From Octopus bimaculoides (taxonomy: Eukaryota), in assembly GCF_001194135.2 (NCBI RefSeq), contig NC_068987.1, positions 15,826,538 to 15,890,537 on the forward strand: 64,000 bases of DNA. Direction: 5' to 3'. Numbering within the stretch: the stretch's first letter is position 1; every line of letters starts with the position of its first letter. Below, one piece after another: positions 12,997 through 24,360 of the stretch. The position numbers were made by a program, and so were the translations under genes. The notes below the pieces were generated by a model. That model did not search any database. It saw only the letters and a list, made by a program, of their open reading frames with translations, and had not been told where the DNA came from.

Positions 12997-13587
12997 CCCT
13001 CGACTGATCGACTGATCAAATCTCTCTCAATTCACACTCGACTGCCTTCGGAAAGGAAGGACACAATAAATGATAAGATACTACATAAATAGTGTCTCAA
13101 TAAAGATGTGATGGCCACGACGATATTGTCTTTAAACTGTTGATAAAGGGTGAAAAGTAGTGTTAAACAGCTAGGGTTATACCCATGTAATACATTAAAA
13201 AAAAACCAACTTATTTAACGTACTTCCTTTTCTCTTCATCCCATTGTTAAAAATAAACAAGAATACTTTTGTTTTAGGTTGAATTATCGCTTTGTTATTA
13301 CATGGATATTTTAATAGAGAATTTTTTTGTTTTTCAAAATTCATTTAATTGAAGATAAATGACAATAACAGGCCGGGAGACAATTAGTTATCTTCCTTGA
13401 TTGGGTTCCTCTGTCTTATCTCCATTCGATGAACTCTTTTTTTTTTGTTATTACTACAGAGCGAAGAATTTTAAAAAATGGAATTCGTCACATAGTTCTC
13501 ATCCGTACACATTATCTCTCTCTCTCTCTTTCTCTACTTCATATTATATATATGTCGTCGGTAGTTCACATATTCGAAAAAGATGCA

Positions 13588-14156
13588 GGATCTATTTTAA
13601 AACGGGGGCCACATTTTTCATTAATGTTTTACGTAGTGTTTTTGGTACGGAAAGACTTTCAAACTTCGTATACTTATCTATTTTGTGTTATAGAACTGAA
13701 AAATATTTTTGTATTCGAATTTATTTCATGTAAAAAATTGTCTTATTTCGATAATTTCAACCAATCACTGACAAGTATTCAGTTGTTTATATTTACTCCT
13801 TTGGCTGATTAAGCGATGTAAAGCGTATTTAATCTCCATACCTTCGTTTTATTTGCTTTTTTCATTTTAAATTTGCTTTAACCCTAACCCTAACCGTAGG
13901 GTTAGGGTTAGGGTTAATTGTTTCAGAATCGTTTGTTTATGTAGTTGGCACTTAATGTATATCGGCTGAATGGACGTCAGTGATTGGTTGAAATTACAGA
14001 AATACGACAACTTTAGCATGGAATAACTTATGGATTTCTTTTTTTTTTAAAGAAGACTAAGAGAAAAAGATGTTTTATATGACACATTCTACCAATGTTC
14101 CAAGTTTCAAAGTGTTTCGTTAATGAAAAATGTGGCCCCCGTTTTAAAAAAGATCC
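13588..14156. mobile_element. Merlin-type non-autonomous element with central telomeric hairpin
   Basis: ~37 bp TIR ggatct(a/t)ttttaaaacgggggccacatttttcattaa; TSD AAGATGCA at 13580-13587 and 14157-14164; perfect 18 bp CCCTAA/TTAGGG stem at 13878-13917. Confidence 0.88.
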
Positions 14157-14189
14157 AAGATGCACACTAAAACATTAGAGCGGTAATAT

Positions 14190-14373
14190 ATTTGAAAGGT
14201 TGTTTGTGGCCGGTCAGCGAGTTACCATTGGTCTCGTACCTACAAAGCGCTTAGCATCACAGAAGTTACGTTCCTTCGGCTATTTGAGCCCGACGAGTCG
14301 CCTATACAGCTAAGCGCTTTGTAGGTGCGCAACCAATGATCAATCTGACCGGCCATAATAAACAACCTTCTAA

Positions 14374-14375
<2 letters not shown>
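14190..14375. mobile_element. Foldback/palindromic MITE, superfamily unassigned
   Basis: Arms ...ggttgttt...ggccggtcag...cattggt...acctacaaagcgcttagc mirrored on the right; no clear TSD. Confidence 0.7.
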
Positions 14376-14407
<32 letters not shown>

Positions 14408-14564
14408 TTTGTGTGTGTAGTTTGTTACTGAAACTGAAACAGCTTATCACGGCCGTGAAACTCGAGTCGCGAGACAAACTTTCAGTTGCAGTTTCAATTA
14501 AAAACATATCTACTACATGTATTGAGCAATTCTCGCATTCGCTTGGTATGAAGTAATATACATA

Positions 14565-14618
<54 letters not shown>

Positions 14619-15339
14619 GGTTATCATTTTACGTCTGCATTCAATGTTGCATGACTTGCATGCGTTGTTAGAGTTGAAGTCAGTTCTTTTTCGGAGTTCC
14701 TATACTAGGGGTGATCATGGCTCGCTCGTATTGCTTTCTTTTGGTATGATTTCTCCGACCAGGTACCCTTCCTTACGCAAGCCACTTTACAGCGTGTTTA
14801 GGATGCATTTTATCGTGGCACCAGCATTAGTGAAGTTGCCTTGAACTCAGGAAGACAAAGAGTTGGTTTCTTACTGCTCTACGTTGTATCCGTTCAGTGT
14901 TTCTTATAAGAGTGAGTTGAAGAGAGAGCGGTTGCAGAAGACGAACTAGCGTGAAAGAGTGACAGGAACGGAAGTATGGCGAGGGAAAACGATGGTTTGA
15001 GTGACGGTGTGGAAGAGGAGGTAGGAATGGAAGAGACAGTGTTTGTGGAGTAGAGAAGAGAAAGGATCAAGGTAGGAGGTAATAAAAACAAGGGACATTT
15101 ATGCTGGTCACTTGTTTACAGGTAAAAAGAAAGCGCGAATGATGAAGAAGCTTAGAAATAGCCAGTGGTATGAGAATGTGAAGGGTGCTAATCAGAGGCA
15201 TGGCCAGGTTCTAAAGATAGTGGGAGCGAGCACATCTCAATAATACTAAAACTCTCGCGATGTTTGCGTGTACCCGAAATATCTCAGAAATAGTATATTT
15301 TATCTTAATTTTTTTTTGCATATTTATTTTCATACTTAC

Positions 15340-15417
15340 CTTCGGCAGTGTAGTACAATTTTTGTGATATTTGGACTTCTATTTAAACGATTAAACACAA
15401 TTTTTGTTTGTTATTTC
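15340..15417 (-). other. Candidate non-coding exon of an unidentified minus-strand transcript
   Basis: tttttcttttatcgtcag| acceptor, 78 nt with stops in all three frames, AAG|GTAAGTAT donor. Confidence 0.35.
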
Positions 15418-15926
15418 CTGACGATAAAAGAAAAACATAGCTTCATTGACGTCAACACACATATAATGAATGTCATGGCGTGTCTATATACAGAAACACA
15501 CGTCCGCTGTAACATATATACACACTCATAGTTTTCGCGTTATCTAAGAGAAGAAAAAAAACGTCGACTTTTTGACGTACACAATATTTTAATCATTGAG
15601 AAATAATTTTAACGGAACGTGATTTCATCATCCGGAGTTTGTTAATTTCTGTAAAATATTTTTATTTATTTACTTTATTTTAAAGTGAATAATGTATGGA
15701 CGTGTGTGTGTGTGTGTGTTTGAGAGAGAAAAAGAGAGAGAGGGGAGAAGAGAGAGAGAGAATGTGTGTGAGCGAAGGGGTGTGTTATCATGTATACGTA
15801 CATACATCAATACATTTGCGTACATCTTTTTTATGTACGTGTGCATGTGTGTGTGATGTGTGTGTGTGTGTGAGAGAGAGAGAGAGTGAGTGAGTGTACG
15901 TATGTCTTCTCATGTATGTGTAAGTA

Positions 15927-15963
<37 letters not shown>

Positions 15964-17012
15964 CACACACACACGCACAAGCACACACACACACGCACAA
16001 GCACACACACGTCCATTTCATATCTACTTTCATACACCTTTCACTTTAAAACAAAAGAAACATGTGATTTTCAGGATGGAAGTTGTTTAAAAAATGCTTC
16101 TACGCATACAAATTGATTACTATTGTTTGAATGAATTAAATAAGTGCAGAAGTTAGGTTAAATATATTTACATGCATAAATACCATGAATTCCCATTCTA
16201 CAAACTGGCAAACAATTCCGTGAGTACTTTAACGGGCAACGCTGCGCAGTAAGTTAAATAATACAAAAAAGAAAAAGGAAAAGCTCCGTGACACCAAACA
16301 ATTTTTAACTCATTTCTCTCATGTTACGCTATTTCATTAGTTATAAAATACGTAATTGTATTCTACATCTATTAATTTTCATGTTTCAGTAATAATATCA
16401 TTATGTATGAAACTTACAACTACTGAAACAGGTAGCTAAAGAGTTTTTTTTAATTGTTGAAAAAGCGCCAATTTTGAAAAATGTGCTCGTGGGGAGCAGT
16501 TGCTCTCCTTGCTCCCCCATTCGCTACATCACTGGTGCTAATGTGTGACCAGAGTGTGGAGGAGAAAGTGGAAATGGGTGGTAATGCAAGCTGGTGAGGG
16601 AGAGCATAGATGATGGGTAGTCGGGATAGAACGAGTGATGAATCAGTAAAAGAGTAACATGGGGGTAGATGGAAAGACAGCAGACCGTACAGGTGAGTAA
16701 ATGAAGTGGTACATCGGATACTAATATACCCGATGCTACTCGTTATTCAGGCATCATGATGGGAGGGAAACATTAGTGGCGGCTACATGTTTTTGCTGGT
16801 AAGAGGTGAGGGACAAGTGATGGGTTGTTGTATTAATAATCGGTGGTAAGAGTGTGATGAATGTAATGATGCAGTGAGTAGAGAAGGGGTTCGATAGAGG
16901 AATTTGAGGGTATCAATTGGGTTTCCAAAAAAATGAGCAAGAGGACAGCAAATGGAGAAGTAGTCGAAGGCCCACATTTAGTTACAATACGTATCCCAGC
17001 CCCAATACATTC

Positions 17013-17123
17013 GGTAAATTTTCAGATTAACACCCGCACGATTTTCACTAGGGTGTTAGGATTAGGGTTGTAGGGTTTTAGGGTTAGGGTTTTAGCGTGC
17101 GGGTGTTTATCTGAAAATTTACC
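17013..17123. mobile_element. Merlin-type MITE with TTAGGG-like interior
   Basis: 28 bp TIR ggtaaattttcagat(t/a)aacacccgcacg; TSD ATACATTC at 17005-17012 and 17124-17131. Confidence 0.88.
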
Positions 17124-17134
17124 ATACATTCTAA

Positions 17135-17600
17135 CGTGTTTCACCAAGCTTGCACAGGTGGTCGGATCTTCTCTAGCACGACATATCATCAAACAACGGG
17201 TTATCTTCTTCGTGAGCTAGGTCATCTTGAGATCAGTCATCATCACTTCGTACTAAGTCTTCCTGGACCTCTTTCTTCTTCATGCTCTATTCACTGTGTG
17301 ACCTGAGTTCGGGGGAGAAAGTGGAAATGGATATACGCTCACATTCCTTATACCGATACTATCTTTCTCACGCATAATATGCCCATACCTGCATAGTCTT
17401 CTCTCTTGCACACTATATCTTATTCCTTTTATGACCTGTTTTATTCTCAGCTCATTTATACTTTCCACGTTCTTACTCATTAACATTACACATCTAGTAA
17501 AGTGTGCTTGTTTCATTTCTTTCTTGTTTTCGCAAATCTTCATACAAGGCCTACGAATCACCATCGAATAGCATCACACTTCGTGCACAAAGCATAAAAC
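17135..17600 (-). mobile_element. RTE LINE 3' fragment (decayed)
   Basis: FYALCARSVML...ERNE...MCNV...IRYSVQERRLCRYGHIMR...RKT resembles the RTE ORF C-terminus and 3' end. Confidence 0.75.
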
Positions 17601-17649
17601 AATCTAATGTTTGTTACTAGTATTAGTTATACCTCCCTGAACTTTTACC

Positions 17650-18955
17650 CTAAAGAAGTTTGGACATATTCTGCGACGTGAGGATCAGAGGTATGATGTG
17701 TTCCTGAATGTTTGGCAGTGTACTAGAGAAAATAGTGACGTTGTATGTGGCATGGTGACAGTAAACTTCTTTAAATAGACCCAACTGAGGTACCAGCCAT
17801 CGATGTTGATTGTAGTATGGTAGTTAGAACAATCAAGGATATAAAGACAGGGAAAGCAGCTAGTCTATTTGGGGATAATCGCTGAGATTAGTAAAAGAGC
17901 ATAGCGATGTAGTATACAGATTTGTAATTCGAATAATCAGTCAGGTATTGCAGGAAGGCATCATACTCAACGACAAGCGTAGCAACATCGTAAATTCCCA
18001 ACAACAGTAAAGAAAATGTGCCGGAGAGAGAAAACTACGGTGGTATCAAAATGTTGCACCAGGTTATTAAAGTCACCGTAAGAGTTATTGTAAATTTGAT
18101 TAGTCGCTGGATGAAAATTTGTCTTTGTATCAGGAATAGGCATTACGGATACCATATTCCTAGTAACACAACAGAACGAGAAATAGTGAGCGTTGAGTAA
18201 GCCTCTATATTAAGTATTCGTTGACCTAGAGAAGACTTTTGAGTGCCTTGATCTGTGATCTGATAGTCACTAAGGAACCTTAGGAATAGCTAGTGAGGGC
18301 TGTACAATCTATACAGAGAGGTACACTCAGTAAGTTGAGAGCCGACAATGAGTTCAGCGAATAGTGGTCCTTCGAGGCTACGTCCTCACCACTATCCTAT
18401 TTACTACACTCCTCCAAGCCATAACAGAGGAGTTTGAGACTGGTTCTCCCTGGGATCTCCTCCCAGCTGATAACCTAGATCTTACAGCTGAATTTGCAGA
18501 AGAGGTGGAATGGAAATGCCAAACATGGAGAGCAAAACCTGGAATTGAAGGGCCTTTAACTTAGCAAAGATTTAAGTTATAATAAGTAGGAACGAGGGCA
18601 GGACCTGGCTACCATTAGTGGAACAGCTTACTCGATATGCAGAAAAGAGGTAGGCATAAATTCCGTGTGATGTGCCCTGCGTAAATAACAGGCGTATAAA
18701 AGGTATTATGGAATAGCAAGCAAGCTAACTGGCGATAACTTCGTATGCGACACGTGTACAGGACCAATACAGACTAAGAACCCTAGCAAATAGATTCTCT
18801 CAAATACTCATGCGGTTCTTTAAATCCAATCTAACAGTTTCCGTTTCCTAGGTAACTTAATTAGCAATGGGATGGATGCTTTGAAAACATATTTACTATA
18901 TAAAGAAAGATCTCCGTCGCTTTCGACAATGAGCATTCTATTTATCCGATCAACT
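17650..18955 (+). mobile_element. RTE LINE reverse-transcriptase region (decayed, frameshifted)
   Basis: DPTEVPAI...IKDIKTGKA, ENYGGIKMLHQVIKV, FVDLEKTF, LLQAITEEFETGSPWDLLPADNL (YADD motif), FVCDTC, SFRFLGNLIS. Confidence 0.85.
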
Positions 18956-19337
18956 AAATTACTTATTTTTTTAATTGTAGCGTCTGTGGTTGAGTATTCA
19001 TAACCCAATGTTATGAATACTCAGGTGGTATCATTCATAACCCAATGTGACAAGGCTAGCTCTTTAAATTACTAGGACTGTCCGTCTCAGGAGTTCCAAT
19101 TTCACTGTCAAGGTCGACTCGTGGCTGTATTGCAAAGACCTAAACGTTGGTACTATCCGAGGGTTTATTTTCAAAATATAAAGGTTCTCTATATATTCTA
19201 AAATGTACCGAGTTCCTTCTTAGTCTCTCGATGAAGTTACACACACACACACACACATGAAAGACTGAATGATAAAACAAAAATAACTTTTACAAACACA
19301 TGGTTTTCTTTTATTATTATTATTATTATTATTATTT

Positions 19338-19807
19338 TATTTGGATGGAAACATTTTAAAATCCAGTTTCAGAATTTTCTGAAGCGATGTTCTGGCGATG
19401 CCTGGTTGAGCGGAGCGACGCCGGGTAGAGGCTGATGGATCCTCAAGGACACTGCCATACAGCTTCCACCGCTGCGTCAGTGCGCACAGTGCGTTTAGGA
19501 CCTCTTCCCGGAAGATCACCGACTGATCCAGTTCTTTCAAACCGGGCGATGAGGCTCCGAATCATGTTATCGCTAGGAGATACTCTGACAGTAAAATGCT
19601 GCCGGTATTTTCTCTGAGTTTGAATAACCGGTCTTTGACTGGATTAGAAAAATTCAATGAGTTTTATTCGTTACTGGACATCATACATAGCCATTTTAAT
19701 CTCCAAGAAATGCACTATAACATGCATAAAAAAAAGAAGAAAATAGAAATGATTGAAAACGAACAAGTTATGACTTCAAACCCTTCACTTTTTCAGTCAC
19801 CACCCTG
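19338..19807 (-). mobile_element. Tc1/mariner-superfamily transposon 5' part (TIR plus HTH region)
   Basis: TIR cagggtggtgactgaaaaagtg; IARFERTGSVGDLPGRGPKRTVRT / SVLEDPSASTRRRSAQPGIARTSLQKILKLD with a frameshift. Confidence 0.8.
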
Positions 19808-19809
19808 TG

Positions 19810-19863
<54 letters not shown>

Positions 19864-19912
19864 TNNNNNNNNNNNNNNNNNNNNNNNNNNNNNNNNNNNN
19901 NNNNNNNNNNNN

Positions 19913-20249
19913 GAGGGTTCCAATTGATCCGATCAACGGAACAGCCTGCTCGTGAAATAAACGTGCAAGTGGCTGAGCACTCCACAGACACGTGTACCCT
20001 TAACGTAGTTCTCGGGGATATTCAGCGTGACACAGTGTGACAAGGCTGGCCCTTTGAATTATAGGCACAACAGAAACAGGAAGAAAGAGTGAGAGAAAGT
20101 TATGGTGAGAGAGTACAGCAGGGTTCGCCACCATCACTTGCTGGAGCCTCGTGGAGCTTTAGGTGTTTTCGCTCAATAAACACTCACAACGCCTGGTCTG
20201 GGAATCGAAACAGCGATCCTACGACCTAACCACTGGGCCATTGCGCCTC

Positions 20250-20251
<2 letters not shown>
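19913..20251 (-). mobile_element. tRNA-derived SINE family C
   Basis: Reverse complement of the 39853-40234 copy; A and B boxes present. Confidence 0.9.
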
Positions 20252-20282
<31 letters not shown>

Positions 20283-20424
20283 ACATATATATATATACAT
20301 GCAGGGTGGCCACTGAAAAGTCATTACTTATTTTCAATATATTCATTTATCTTCTGTCTGGGAGTCAAACACACACACACACACAAATGAAGGAGAGAGA
20401 TGCCAGACTATTGGATATTGTTAT

Positions 20425-20650
20425 ACATCACTGGTTAAAATACACTTCCTCGTATTGTGTGTCTTTCGAATGATGCCAACCCACCGACCAGGCGGCAAGC
20501 TCAACATTCCTACTGAACTGGAACTCCATTCCGTCGCGGAACTGAGTGGACTGGAGCAACGGTGAAATGGAGTGTTTCGCTCAAGAACACGATGCGCTAC
20601 CGAGTCAGGAAATCGAAACCACGATCTTGCGAGCAACACCCTAACCACTA
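20425..20650 (-). mobile_element. tRNA-derived SINE related to family D
   Basis: tagtggttaggg A box, gtttcgatttcc B box, ttcttgagcgaaacact core on minus strand. Confidence 0.65.
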
Positions 20651-21544
20651 TATATTCAGTTTTGGATATTTGGATTTTACATACCTAATGTGAAAGATTC
20701 TCTATCATTTGTGCATTAAAAACAAAAATATATAAGGTTTCTATTATTTATTTTCCCATCGCATTGGTATGCTTCTTTTTCAGTATGCATATCAGTCCCG
20801 TGAGTCCAGAAGTTTGAAATTCCTTTATTCCCAAGCAGAACCCGCATATTTCGTCCCTGAAGGTTTACAATATTTTTAAATATCTAATTATTTCCCATTG
20901 TAAATATGGTATTCAGTAGAGTAAATCATAAATTTTAAAAAAAGAGGTTTCCGTATTTGCGTCTCTTAAAAACGCTGTCGTTCCATTTATATTTGTTGGC
21001 GATTGCAATAAAGTAGTATTAAAGACCTCGGTGAGCTGAATTTTCGGCATAATTTCGACTTCCACTCAAAGCTGTTTTGATAGAAATATCTTTAGGAAAG
21101 GCGTGAAAGTCTCAAGTTCCTTTATTTTGGCTCTACTACCAACTGTGTTTATATGTGAAAATTTTAAACAATTGTCGCACATGCTATTGAAATACAGGCA
21201 TGTACCATTAAAATCACGAATCAATTTTTGTAATTACTCTACTGCACCTTTTCCTCCCCTGGTTTGAAAATAAGATCATTCACTAATATACACACAAGAC
21301 AGAGGATCCGGTCCTGTTCATTAATCATTTAACATCCGCTTGATGAGTTGACTCAACTTCGTTTTTATTCAAGTGGGTTTTAAGAAGAATGTAAATTAAC
21401 TAATGCCGCGGAATATAAACACTATTCGATTATGGAGAAGATGCATGCGTAAACTACTACACGGTGAGTTTATGAACTTATATTAATTATAATGAATGAA
21501 AAAACATTTCATTCGGAGTAGTTGTCAAAGTCATATCTAGTGGG

Positions 21545-21740
21545 TGTTGCTGTTATTTCGTCCAGGTCGACCGTAATTGAATGGATTTATAATCAAAAGC
21601 ATTCCAGCTTTGACAGATCTAGGTCTGCATTGTCCGAGACTATATTGTTCCGTCTTTTAAGACGACAGTGTGTGAATTGAGAAGATTTGGTTACTATTAC
21701 AAGTATGCCAAATGACTACATAAAAGATTCTTCGTTAAGT
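21545..21740 (+). repeat. Abundant dispersed repeat (family E here). Other degenerate copies near 12140-12545, 25570-25785, 32900-33090, 36340-36700, 41090-41250, 44120-44560, 51200-51740
   Basis: Shared motifs gttgctgttt...ccaggtc, atgatcaaaggcattccagc, ggtgtgatttgagggagatttgg...ctatttctagc. Confidence 0.6.
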
Positions 21741-22619
21741 TTATGACAATTTATCAGTTCGGACAATGACTATGACGCAGACAACTGGATAGGATGTTTA
21801 TTTATAAAGAATGTTTAGTAAACTTTTGTGCATGCAAGCTTAAGTATTTTTTTTTTTCTTTTTGCTGTATTAATTTCTAACTCTAACACAAACCACACAT
21901 TTTTGAGGATATACTCGATTACATCCACTCCAATATTTGACTATAAGCATTTTATTTTATCGAAAGGAAGGTTGAAAAGCGAAGTTGAGCTTTTGAACAA
22001 TCTGAAAAAGTCGGGCGAAGGTAAAGAATACGCACACCCAGTGGCTAGGGGTTACGGTCACTCTAACAATAGAAGACTGATTTACAAATTTGTTGAAAAG
22101 GAGGAAGAAATTTGTGTAATGTTTATGTATTACTCATTGGTATTAGTAATAACAGGCAAATTAATCTGTGGCTGGCGTGTCGAATACTCACTCCTCCCCT
22201 CTTGTTTGTTTTTCCAAAAAATTTCTTCGGATTCTTGTTTTTAACAACCGAAATTACGATTTTTATCCCCTCAAACAGTTTTCAAAGCATTTTAATTATA
22301 CCCACCTGCCTTTAAATTTTTTTTTTATCATCACTACCAAAATTCAAACCACGTTCAGAAAATATTTTTATTGCTTAAAAGAAAGCATTGAGTCTGTGAG
22401 CCGGTTTCGAATCCCGGTTGATGTCCATTACGCCAACAGCTGGCTTTGAGAAGTAGATATTAGTTTTTCTTTATGTATTACAGTAGGAAGAACAGTACTC
22501 GTGGTCATTTTTCTGGGCGTTCAGAACTGTGAGAAAGGGGAGTGTTTTCCTTACACTTCGCAAGGACCATGTAACTTATTTAACTGGGTGCAGATCATTA
22601 TCGCCTAAAAGAAGGAACG

Positions 22620-22780
22620 GTTCCCCTGATAGGCTTCTACACAGCTTCCGTCTAACAAATTTCACTCTTAGTGCTTTGATCAGCTCGTGGTTATGACAGA
22701 AAAGACTTGCTCAAGGTGCTACGCAGTTGTATCGAACCCGAAAACCATTTGCGAAGCGAATTCCTTAACCACAGAGACAT
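22620..22780 (-). mobile_element. SINE family B, partial
   Basis: cttctacacagcttccgtctaacaaatttcactc...gacttgctcaaggtgc...ttccttaaccacag. Confidence 0.7.
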
Positions 22781-23437
22781 TCGTTGAAAGAACTTAGTCC
22801 CTGAATGAATACTTTTCCTTTACTTGGGATTAGAACTGGTTGGCAGAATTAGTATTGCACTAGGATCGATTTCATGGACTGTACCCTTCCCCTTAAAATT
22901 TGTGGCTTTGTACCAATGTTAGTTACTATTAATACTTCTCTGGTCCCAATGTATTCGTTTAGGCTGAGCTTATGCGAGCAGATCTTCGATTCGGTTTCGG
23001 TTTTCGGTTGAAGTTTAGCCTTCGCGCGCGCATTCACTTATGTTTAACATCATGTCAACTCTGTAGATTATTGATAAAAATCGCTTTAGCCGTGACCATC
23101 CAATTTTTAATAAGGCAATCTCGATCTGATACTAACATTGAAACCGCTCTCCGACGAAGTCCCAGAATACCAATATGGGATAGAAAATTGAGAAGTTCTC
23201 ATTTTTTTTTTCAAGGTTTCCATTTGGTGTTCAATTATTATAAAAGATGAGTTGATGTCAAAAGTTAATAAAAAAATTTTTAAAATTACTATAATAACTC
23301 TCATGTCTTTTCGAATATCTGTTGAATGTAACCGGAATAAATATATAAATAGCACTCCCACACAATACACAAGTTGTGTATTGAAAGTTAATGAGAAACT
23401 TAAAATAAAATTCTTTAAGATTTTACTATGGTATTTG

Positions 23438-23625
23438 GGCACTGCTTAAATGCAGAGGTCCCGATGCATCTACGTAACGATATGAAGGGGAGGGTTTGTT
23501 AGGGTTAGGGGTGTCATTACACGTCGACACAGCGTACATTTAAAATTGTAGGTAACACGTATATTTAAGTAGTACCCCTCTATTTAAGCAGTATCGTTAA
23601 GGAACCTCAGAATTTAAGTAGGACC
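23438..23625. mobile_element. Degenerate Merlin-type MITE with TTAGGG
   Basis: Ends ggcactgcttaaat ... atttaagtaggacc; TSD GGTATTTG at 23430-23437 and 23626-23633; gttagggttagggg inside; extra TIR-like copies internally. Confidence 0.75.
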
Positions 23626-24099
23626 GGTATTTGTAGTTCAAGTAGAAAACTGTCGGAAATTGTCTACTGCGCCAAAGAATTAATTTTTTACCAATGTAAG
23701 CATCGCAAATTACAATTCTGAAAAAATAAAATAGATCATGGGGTTTGCTAGTACCACTTTTACGTATGTTTTCAAGTATAATTATTTTTTTCCAGATTTG
23801 ATTTTAAAAGTTGCGAATATTTTTGAAGATTCATAGTCTCTGATGTTTAAAACGTAATTCCGAATTTTAAAAAAATAATAAGTGGGTGGATGGGGGTAAC
23901 CACCGCCTGGATTTCTATACAGAATTGTAATCTGTGATTTTTAAAACACACACCTAAAGAAATTACGCTTTTTGCCATACTAGATAATTTCCGACTCTAT
24001 TCTACAGGAACGCCATGGTGTTTAAATACTAGTAGACCCTCCCCCCACGAACTCTTTTCTTAACCAAAATTGTAACTCCGATTCAACAAACAACAAGCC

Positions 24100-24360
24100 T
24101 ATAATTACAACAGTTATAACTAAAGAGACTTGTCCACCTCATAGGCCCGGCGGACAAAATGGATAAAGCGTTGCCCTGGAGGGTAGCGAGGGAGACTCGT
24201 TGGAACAGTCACTCCGACTCAAGGGGTTCGCACATGCGGATAGCCATATCTTCCCCGATGGCACTGAGCAGGGATAAAGTTCGGGGGTCAAGAAGGCCAG
24301 AGGTGTCCACTGCTGTAATTTTGACCACAAACCTGTCAGAGCTGCCAATACGTCGGCGTA
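24100..24360 (-). mobile_element. CRE-like (restriction-like endonuclease) non-LTR retrotransposon, 3' fragment
   Basis: SDRFVVKITAVDTSGLLDPRTLSLLSAIG...EPLESE*LFQRVSLATLQGNALSIL matches the AVET-G...QRxSxAxxxGNA C-terminus. Confidence 0.7.

Noticed and set aside
43-16090. Many 60-130 aa ORFs rich in YI, HT, CV or SL repeats
   Set aside because: Translations of (TA)n, (CA)n, (TATG)n and (GA)n microsatellites, with no splice or homology support.
20636-20650. ccctaacc as another telomere-like motif
   Set aside because: It is the reverse-strand A box (tagtggttaggg) of a SINE.
20784-20862. Plus-strand candidate exon YAYQSRESRSLKFLYSQAEPAYFVPE
   Set aside because: Good acceptor and phase compatible with 11918, but weak donor (GTTTAC) and no recognisable protein.
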